This document shows positions 56,916-64,000 of a stretch of 64,000 bases of DNA, in pieces. Position 1 is the stretch's first letter, and every line of letters begins with the position of its first letter. Under the pieces are notes generated by a model. That model was not told the DNA's origin, searched no databases, and worked only from the letters and a program-made list of their open reading frames with translations. Source of the stretch: an uncultured Planctomycetota bacterium (GTDB lineage Bacteria > Planctomycetota > Planctomycetia > Gemmatales > Gemmataceae); the NCBI GenBank assembly GCA_963849325.1, contig CAWKHF010000004.1:288001-352000 (forward strand). Direction: 5' to 3'. Made by a program: the position numbers and the translations under genes.

Positions 56916-58379
56916 ATGACAACCGCAACCTCGGGCGCGACGCTGCGGCGCCTGTACATCGACGGCCGATGGTGCGACGCGGACAACGGCCGAACGCTCG
57001 GCGTCATCAACCCCGCCACGGAAGAAGTCATCGCCGAGGTCGCCTACGGCGGCCGCGCCGAGGCACGCCGCGCCTTGGAAGCCGCCCAGCGGGCCATGCC
57101 CGCCTGGATGAAGCAAACCTCCTGGGACCGCGCCAAGGTCCTGAAAAAAACCGGCGAGCTGATGCGCGAACGCGCCGAGGCTATCTCGCGCACCCTGACC
57201 ATGGAGCAGGGCAAACCGTTGGCCGAATCCAGGGCCGAAGTGCTGCACTCGGCCGACACCTTCGAGTGGTTCGCCGAGGAGGGCAAGCGCGCCTACGGCC
57301 AGCTCATCCCCAACTCGGTCCCCGGCAAGAAGCACGTCACGGTCAAGCACCCCGTCGGCGTGGTGGCGGCGATCAGCCCGTGGAACTTCCCGGTGACGCT
57401 GCAAGCGCGCAAGATCGCCCCGGCCCTGGCCGCCGGCTGCACCATCGTCTGCAAGCCGGCCAGCCAGACGCCGCTGTGTCTGATCCAGGTCTTCGAGTGC
57501 TTGATCGAGGCTGGCGTGCCCGCCGGCGTCGCCAACCTCGTCATCGGCCCGGCCCAGGAGATCGGCGACGAGTTTTTGGAGAACCCGATTTGCCGCAAGG
57601 TCAGCTTCACCGGCTCCACCGAGGTCGGCAAGCACATCATGCGCGGCTGCGCCGAGCACATGAAGCGCGTCAGCCTGGAGCTGGGCGGCCATGCTCCCTT
57701 CATCGTCTTCCCCGACGCCGACCCCGAGATGGGAGCGAAGATCGCCGTCACCGGCAAGTTTCGCAACAACGGGCAAGTGTGCATCGCTCCCAGCCGCTTC
57801 TACGTCCACAAGGACGTCCAGAAGAAATTCACCGAGGCGGCCGTCGAGTTCGCGCGCGGCCTGAAGCTGGGCAACGGTCTGGAAGCCGGCATCGAGATCG
57901 GCCCGATGTTCGAGAAGAAGGCCATGCAGCAGACCCTCGACCTGGTCGAGGACGCTCGCCAGTGCGGCGCCAAAATTCTGACCGGCGGCAATCGCAGCGA
58001 TCGCTTCGAGAAGGGCTACTTCTTCGAGCCGACCGTGCTGACGAACGTGAGCGACAAGGTTCGGCTGATGACGGAGGAGCCGTTCGCGCCGGTGATGCCG
58101 CTGCTGGACTTCGGCAAGCTCGACGACGTGATCCGGGCGGCGAACAACACGCGCTACGGTCTGGCGGCCTACGTGTTCACCAACGACCTAACGGTGGCAT
58201 GGCGGATGGCCGAGGGGTTGGAGGCGGGCATCATCGGCATCAACGATCCGGTGCCGGCGACGCCGCAGTGTCCGTTCGGCGGTATGAAGGAGAGCGGCCT
58301 GGGCCGCGAATTGGCCCACGAAGGGCTGGAAGCGTACCTGGAGACGAAATACGTCTCGTTCAAGTTGCGCGAGGGTTGA
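56916..58379 (+). CDS. gabD: NAD(P)-dependent succinate-semialdehyde dehydrogenase family aldehyde dehydrogenase
   Basis: PWNFP, SFTGSTEVG, LELGGHAP, GQVCI, EEPFAPV, PFGGMKESGLGRE. Confidence 0.88.
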   Translation: MTTATSGATLRRLYIDGRWCDADNGRTLGVINPATEEVIAEVAYGGRAEARRALEAAQRAMPAWMKQTSWDRAKVLKKTGELMRERAEAISRTLTMEQGKPLAESRAEVLHSADTFEWFAEEGKRAYGQLIPNSVPGKKHVTVKHPVGVVAAISPWNFPVTLQARKIAPALAAGCTIVCKPASQTPLCLIQVFECLIEAGVPAGVANLVIGPAQEIGDEFLENPICRKVSFTGSTEVGKHIMRGCAEHMKRVSLELGGHAPFIVFPDADPEMGAKIAVTGKFRNNGQVCIAPSRFYVHKDVQKKFTEAAVEFARGLKLGNGLEAGIEIGPMFEKKAMQQTLDLVEDARQCGAKILTGGNRSDRFEKGYFFEPTVLTNVSDKVRLMTEEPFAPVMPLLDFGKLDDVIRAANNTRYGLAAYVFTNDLTVAWRMAEGLEAGIIGINDPVPATPQCPFGGMKESGLGRELAHEGLEAYLETKYVSFKLREG

Positions 58380-58455
58380 TGATCGCGCCGCTTGCGGCCT
58401 GGCGCGAGGCCGCAAGCGGCGTCCTTTCACCTCGAAAAGATGGGGAGCGACAGCA

Positions 58456-59058
58456 ATGGCCTATGCGGACTTCACTCTGGAAAGCGCGGAGGCGGAGTTG
58501 GGCGTCGTCGTTCATCCCGGTGTCCTCTTCCCTGGTCTGCAGCCGCTGACGGTGCCGGTATGGCTGCAAGACCTGCTTGTCCGCGGTATGCGGCTCGCTC
58601 TCCTCAGCGAGAAGTCACGTGGCGAATTTATCGTGGCCCCGATTCTGTTGGCCGTTCGCGAATTATCCGGGGACCGGATCGCTATCCTGTCCGGTCAACG
58701 TCTCGACGTCGATCCGGACCGCCGGCTCGTGGGGGAGTGTGACTTCATTCTAGCCCTGTCCGAGCCGGTGCCGCTCTTGCGGGCGCCGCTGCTGACCATG
58801 GTAGAGGCCAAAAAGCACGACATCGAAGCCGGATTGGGACAGTGTCTCGCTCAGATGGTAGCGGCTCAAGTTTACAACGAACGCGCGGGGTTGTTGCTCC
58901 CCGCCATCTTCGGCTGCGTCACGACGGGCGAAAGTTGGCAGTTCCTGCGGCTCACCGGGAAGACAGGGACACTCGACCAGGACCGATTGTACATCAACAA
59001 TGTGGGCGGCATCCTGGCAGCCCTTCGGGCCGCCATTCCGCCCGAGAAGGAAAGCTGA
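58456..59058 (+). CDS. Hypothetical protein with PD-(D/E)XK-like / HsdR-N-like motif
   Basis: SEKSR.E...GECDFIL...VEAKK...GLGQC.AQM...GCVTTGESWQF. Confidence 0.7.
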   Translation: MAYADFTLESAEAELGVVVHPGVLFPGLQPLTVPVWLQDLLVRGMRLALLSEKSRGEFIVAPILLAVRELSGDRIAILSGQRLDVDPDRRLVGECDFILALSEPVPLLRAPLLTMVEAKKHDIEAGLGQCLAQMVAAQVYNERAGLLLPAIFGCVTTGESWQFLRLTGKTGTLDQDRLYINNVGGILAALRAAIPPEKES

Positions 59059-59061
59059 ACC

Positions 59062-59511
59062 TCAGCCGCCTCCGCTCTGCTTGACCACGGAAATGCCGCC
59101 GTTGCGCTCGACGACGGCGTACTTGATCTGCTCCAGACGCTCGATGCCCTGGCCGCGCGCCGCGGCCATCACGTCCTGCTCGTGAACGCGCAGCCGCCTC
59201 ATGCTCTCGCGTTGCCAGCCGCCTTTGCTAAAGATAATGACCGGCGTGCCGTCCACGATGCGGCCGAAGCAATCCGACCAGCCCTTCAACGACGCCACCA
59301 GGACGTGCATCAGGACGACGGTGCTGATGCCCAACAGTGCGTTGGTCAGCGAGTGATCGTTGCCGACGATCGCTTGCATGCCCATGCCGCCCATCATAAA
59401 GAGTAAAATGATCTCGAAAGGAGTCATCATGTTGGGACCGCGCCGGCCGATCAGTCGAAAGGCGAACAGCAATACCCAGTAAATGATGGCCGCATAGAGG
59501 ATGGTGACCAT
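59062..59511 (-). CDS. DUF421 (YetF) membrane protein
   Basis: RLIGRR...MTPFE, DGTPVII, IKYAVVERNGGISV. Confidence 0.88.
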   Translation of the reverse strand: MVTILYAAIIYWVLLFAFRLIGRRGPNMMTPFEIILLFMMGGMGMQAIVGNDHSLTNALLGISTVVLMHVLVASLKGWSDCFGRIVDGTPVIIFSKGGWQRESMRRLRVHEQDVMAAARGQGIERLEQIKYAVVERNGGISVVKQSGGG

Positions 59512-59526
59512 GCCGAGTCCCTTCGC

Positions 59527-60045
59527 TCAGGGGTAAACGAATTGACGGAAGCGCACGGGTTCCGCGCCTTCCACGGCCACCTCGCCGTCGATAATGCCCG
59601 GCCGCGACGGATCCTCGATAAAGACGATGGTGGCCGAGTCGTGCGTGGGATCGGTGCGGAAAGTGAAGCGGGCGCCGTCGGACAGCGGCTCGGTAGACAG
59701 GGGGTCGGGCACGATGTCCTTGAGGCGCAGCCGCTCCACCAGGTCGCGGTTGAGGCGGATGCGGACCTGGCCGGAGGCGATGGCTCGTTTGTCGAGATGC
59801 AGCTCCAGGATGGCCGGCGTCTCGCGCCGGGCCAGGCGGTCGTAGCGGACGCGCATTTCGCCGCCGGGCGGTTCTGCCGTCGCCTTGCTGAGCGGCCCGT
59901 TACCGAATAGTCCGGCTACCCCGCCAACGAGCAGTAAGGACAGGGCGACCCAGCAGCCGCGCTGGATACGTCCCCAGCGGCATTCAAAGCACGGATCGCA
60001 CCCCGCCTCGATGTCGTCCGTGCGGCTTACGGTTTCCACAGCCAT
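59527..60045 (-). CDS. Hypothetical membrane-anchored protein upstream of DUF421
   Basis: One TM helix + [18 protein letters not shown]-terminal QFVYP; GGAGG RBS. Confidence 0.7.
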   Translation of the reverse strand: MAVETVSRTDDIEAGCDPCFECRWGRIQRGCWVALSLLLVGGVAGLFGNGPLSKATAEPPGGEMRVRYDRLARRETPAILELHLDKRAIASGQVRIRLNRDLVERLRLKDIVPDPLSTEPLSDGARFTFRTDPTHDSATIVFIEDPSRPGIIDGEVAVEGAEPVRFRQFVYP

Positions 60046-60188
60046 CCTCCGCTCTCTCCCGTCTAACCCGAGCGCAGGAAATTCATGCAAATGGCGCGCC
60101 TCGTTTCCTCTTCCGCTCCTCCCTTGTGGCGCATCGGCACGACGGCTACGATAGGCCCAACTTCGTTCCGAGCGCGATTGCGAAAAGG

Positions 60189-61145
60189 ATGCTGCGTGTC
60201 CCCAACATCCGTGAATCCCCTCTCGTTGCTGCGGCCCGGCGCAAGCCCGTGGGCATGTCCGCGATCCTGCTGCCCTTCACGACGGGCGGTGGCGTGGACT
60301 GGCCCGGCTTCCGCGCTCACGTCGCCCGCACCGCCGCGGCCGGACTGACGCCGGCCGTCAACATGGACACCGGCTACGGCAATCTTCTCGATGACATCAC
60401 CCGCCTTCTCGTTCTCGCCGAGACGCGAAGCACACTCGACGGCGGAGCCTTCGTCGCCGGCGCCTTCGTCGCGGACCATCCGGGTGATCCGTGTGACCTC
60501 GACGCTTATCGGCGGGCCATCAATGCGATCCAGGAGCACGGCGGTCTGCCGATCCTCTTCCAGTCGCATGGCCTCGTTGGGCAGCCGGCCGACCGTCTGC
60601 TCGATGCCTACCGCGCCCTGGGCCGTGATTGCCCGCGTTATCTCGCCTTCGAGTTGGGCCAGGCGTTCGCGCCGTTCGGGGCCATCTACGACCTCGAAAC
60701 CTATGCCGGCCTACTCACCATCCCGGAGTGCATCGGCGCCAAGCACTCGTCGCTGAGCCGTGTCCTCGAATGGCAGCGTTTGTCCCTGCGCGACCAACGC
60801 CGGCCCGATTTCCTCGTGCTGACCGGCAATGATCTGGCCATCGATATGATTATGTATGGAAGTGATTATTTGCTCGGCCTGAGCACGTTCGCTCCGGACC
60901 TGTTCGCCCGCCGCGACACCCTGTGGGCGGCGGGCGATCCGGCGTTTTACGAGCTGAACGACTTGCTGCAATATCTCGGCTTCTTCGCCTTTCGCCCGCC
61001 GGTGCCGGCGTACAAACACAACGCGGCGCAGTTCCTTCAGCTGCGCGGCTGGATCACCTGCGACGACACGCATCCCCAAAGCCCGCAACGGCCCGCCAGC
61101 GACCGCGACGTCCTCCGCGACATCGCCGACCGCCTCTTGGAATAG
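60189..61145 (+). CDS. Dihydrodipicolinate synthase (DapA)-like family protein
   Basis: SAILLPF...[25 protein letters not shown]. Confidence 0.8.
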   Translation: MLRVPNIRESPLVAAARRKPVGMSAILLPFTTGGGVDWPGFRAHVARTAAAGLTPAVNMDTGYGNLLDDITRLLVLAETRSTLDGGAFVAGAFVADHPGDPCDLDAYRRAINAIQEHGGLPILFQSHGLVGQPADRLLDAYRALGRDCPRYLAFELGQAFAPFGAIYDLETYAGLLTIPECIGAKHSSLSRVLEWQRLSLRDQRRPDFLVLTGNDLAIDMIMYGSDYLLGLSTFAPDLFARRDTLWAAGDPAFYELNDLLQYLGFFAFRPPVPAYKHNAAQFLQLRGWITCDDTHPQSPQRPASDRDVLRDIADRLLE

Positions 61146-61225
61146 GGAATAGGGAATAGGGAATAGGGAATAGGGACGAGAGAAGAAGTTTCTGCCCTAT
61201 TCCCTATTCCCTATTCCCTATTCCC
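61139..61225. repeat. Inverted arrays of the heptamer GGGAATA
   Basis: About five GGGAATA units, a spacer, then about four TATTCCC units. Confidence 0.9.
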
Positions 61226-61242
61226 TTTTTGGAGCCGATGCC

Positions 61243-62684
61243 ATGACCACGTATCGCCGAGTGGCCCAGCTGAAAACGGCCGACGACTTCCGCACTCATC
61301 TCGCCACCCTGGGCATCTCCATCCCCTTCGACGAGGAACTGCGTCACGGTCCCGAATCGCCGCTAGCCCAACCGTGTGTCGTGGACGGAGGGACGATCGG
61401 GAATCGCTTCGCCGTGCTGCCGATGGAGGGCTGGGACGGTACGCGCGACGGCCGACCGACCGAACTGACACGGCGGCGCTGGCAACGCTTCGGCGCCAGC
61501 GGCGCCAAGCTCATCTGGGGTGGCGAGGCCGTCGCCGTCCGCGCCGATGGCCGCGCCAACCCCAACCAACTGCTGCTCAACGACGACACGCGCGCCGACA
61601 TTGCCGGCCTGCGCGAAAGGCTCATCGCCGAACATCATCGATGCTTTGGCCGCACCGAGGATCTGCTCGTCGGTCTGCAACTGACGCACTCCGGCCGCTT
61701 CGCCCGCCCACGCGACAAGGGCCGGCTCGAACCGATCCTCGTCTATCATCATCCGCTACTCGACCGCAAGTTCGGCGTGCCGGCGGATCAGCCCGTCTTG
61801 AGTGACAACGACGTGTCACAACTCGTTGATGATTTCGTGCGCGCGTCGAAGCTCAGCCAGCAGGCCGGGTTCGCCTTCGTGGACATCAAGCACTGTCACG
61901 GCTACCTCGGCCATGAGTTCCTTCAGCGCCGTCGATCGGCCCGGCCGTTATGGCGGCAGCTTCGACAACCGTACACGGTTCCTGCGCGAGATCGTGGCCG
62001 GTATCCGCGCCGAGGCGTCCGGACTGGGCGTCGCCGTCCGCGTCAGCGCCGTGGACTGGCTGCCCTTCCGCGAGGGTCCGGATGGTCGAGGCGAGCCGGA
62101 GACGCCGTCCGGCGCATCCTACCCTTATGCTTTCGGCGGCGACGGCACTGGCATGGGCATCGACCTGACCGAGCCGTGTGCCTTCCTCGATCTGCTCGAC
62201 GCGCTCGGCATCCGCTTGGTGTGCATCTCGGCCGGCAGTCCCTACTACAACCCACACTTCCAGCGACCGGCGCTGATTCCCGCCGTCGGACGGCTATCTG
62301 CCGCCGGAAGACCCACTTGTCGGCGTCGCCCGGCACATCGCCATCACAGCCGAGCTGAAACGCCATCGCCCGTCGCTGGTGGTCGTCGGTTCGGGCTATT
62401 CGTACTTGCAGGAGTGGCTGCCGCACGTCGGACAAGCGGTGGTGCGCGGCGGCGGCGCGGATTTCGTGGGGCTGGGGCGGCTGGTGCTGAGTTATCCGGA
62501 CCTGCCGGCGGACGTGCTGGCGGGCCGGCCGCTCGATCGCAAGCGACTGTGCCGCACCTTCAGCGATTGCACTACCGCGCCGCGCAACGGCCTGGTTTCG
62601 GGCTGCTATCCGCTCGACCCCTTCTACAAGGAGCGTCCCGAGGCACGAGCGTTGTCGCAGATCAAAAGAAGTTCGGAGTTCTGA
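61243..62684 (+). CDS. NADH:flavin oxidoreductase (Old Yellow Enzyme family), frameshifted
   Basis: [60 protein letters not shown]. Confidence 0.88.
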
Positions 62685-62724
62685 GTGACTTTCACTCAGA
62701 ACTCCGAACTCCGAACTCCGAACT
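62670..62724. repeat. Inverted heptamer array (ACTCCGA)
   Basis: AGTTCGGAGTTCTGAGTGA...TCACTCAGAACTCCGAACTCCGAACTCCGAACT. Confidence 0.75.
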
Positions 62725-62941
62725 GGAAAGATGGGAGCGAGTCGAGATGGGCGATCGTTGCCATTTTCCTCTGGCTCTTGTATTCTGACTTAATCGAGAA
62801 GGGCGATTGCTTGTATCCTTACGGGTGTACAAGCGTTTCGCCGATCCCCCCGTATCCACAAGAAGCCGGATCGGCCGCGTCGGCCCCAAACAGCTCCGTG
62901 TCGTTGACGCCCTTTTTCCCTCTCCTGTCCGGGCACCTCCC

Positions 62942-63823
62942 ATGAGACCCCCCAAGACCAACTGCCGAAGAGCGTTCACGCTGATCGAGTTGTTGGTAGT
63001 GATCGCCATCCTCGCCGTGCTGATCGGCCTGCTGCTGCCCGCCGTGCAGATGGTGCGCGAAGCGGCCGCTCGCTCGCAGTGCCAGAACAACCTCAAGCAA
63101 ATCGGTACGGCCCTGCACATGCATCACAACACCTACGAGTTCTTCCCCACCGGCGGCAGTGCCAATGCCATGATTCCCACTACCACGGGCGGCAGCCCCG
63201 CCGTCGGCCCTTCCCAGGACTGCGGCTGGTTGTATCAAATCCTGCCTTACATCGAACAATGGGCGGTCTGGAACAACTCTTCTACCGCCGCGCAGGCAGC
63301 CATCAAGACCTACCTTTGTCCCAGCCGGCGCGGCTCGGCGATTCTCCGTGGTGGCGCGCACGCCGGCAACGGCGAGTGCGATTATTCCGGATCGGCCTGG
63401 AAGGCGCCGATCCCGACGTTCTTCCAGTTCAACCCGAACATCGTCCGCATCGCTCAGATTAGCGATGGCACCTCGAACACGCTCGCCGTTAGCGAGAAGA
63501 ACCTCTGCCTGACGACCCTGGGCAGCGGAATGGACATCAACGATGATGATGGCTACATCATCGGTTCGGATGACGATACGCTGTCTTTCCTGCCCGTCAA
63601 GGACGCCAACGGCAACCTTATCTATCAACCGGCGTTCGACTTGATGGGTAATTGCACTTCCGGGACGGGCGGTTTCGGCTCCTCGCACCCCGGCCGCTTC
63701 GGGGCGCTGTTCGCCGACGGCTCGGTCCACGGCATCAGCTATTCGATCTCTCTGCTGACCTTGAACGCCGTCTGCGGAATTAACGACGGCATCGCCCTCG
63801 GCGACGTGGACAACCTCCAGTAA
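62942..63823 (+). CDS. DUF1559 protein (prepilin-type N-terminal cleavage motif, H-X9-DG motif)
   Basis: [68 protein letters not shown]. Confidence 0.95.
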   Translation: MRPPKTNCRRAFTLIELLVVIAILAVLIGLLLPAVQMVREAAARSQCQNNLKQIGTALHMHHNTYEFFPTGGSANAMIPTTTGGSPAVGPSQDCGWLYQILPYIEQWAVWNNSSTAAQAAIKTYLCPSRRGSAILRGGAHAGNGECDYSGSAWKAPIPTFFQFNPNIVRIAQISDGTSNTLAVSEKNLCLTTLGSGMDINDDDGYIIGSDDDTLSFLPVKDANGNLIYQPAFDLMGNCTSGTGGFGSSHPGRFGALFADGSVHGISYSISLLTLNAVCGINDGIALGDVDNLQ

Positions 63824-64000
63824 CTGCCTGTCCCGGACGCCCTGCGAGGAAGCGCCATGAGCAGCTCTCCCTCTTCGCCGCAATCCTCCGATCCGCACCG
63901 GCCCGTTCCGGCGGAGGCGGCCGGCAGTCCGTCTCCAGTCGCCGAGTCGGCATGGAACCAGCAGACTCAAGCGGACGTACGGATCGACTCCGCCTCCGAC

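Noticed and set aside
61139-61225. Tandem repeats as a CRISPR array (also 2092-2242 and 62670-62724)
   Set aside because: Units are 7-9 nt with no unique spacers, and no cas genes are present.
63858-64000. Partial ORF at the right edge
   Set aside because: It has an RBS and ATG but only about 47 low-complexity codons are visible, too little to call.

Overview
A high-GC bacterial chromosome segment with a strong Planctomycetota (Gemmataceae-like) signature: DUF1559, DUF1552/DUF1592, DUF1080, PEP-CTERM, a csrA paralogue, many palindromic intergenic repeats and a 23S-5S operon without 16S. Housekeeping genes include moxR/DUF58, acpS, pcrA/uvrD, metK, treZ, a ParC/ParE-like topoisomerase pair, thiE, surE, uvrC, serS and gabD. 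Many conserved genes carry single-base frameshifts, which most likely reflect long-read consensus error. The main discovery is at 26.9-31.5 kb. An IS110 element (26984-29177) can be resolved by eye as a bridge-RNA recombinase system: duplicated CT core, a promoter formed at the circle junction, and target- and donor-binding loops whose guides match the actual insertion site and the element's own ends. It sits in an integron attC-like site, its recombinase appears to carry a C-terminal CHC2 zinc finger, and its acidic tetrad looks rearranged (D-D-D-E). A second, unrelated IS110 lies on the other side of the same orphan gene cassette. Other notable items are an HNH endonuclease gene between tRNA-Ile and tRNA-Ala, an attenuator-like leader before tRNA-Ile, and an M1 peptidase-Omp85 barrel fusion with a degenerate zinc motif. 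All calls come from reading motifs by eye; no database searches were run.
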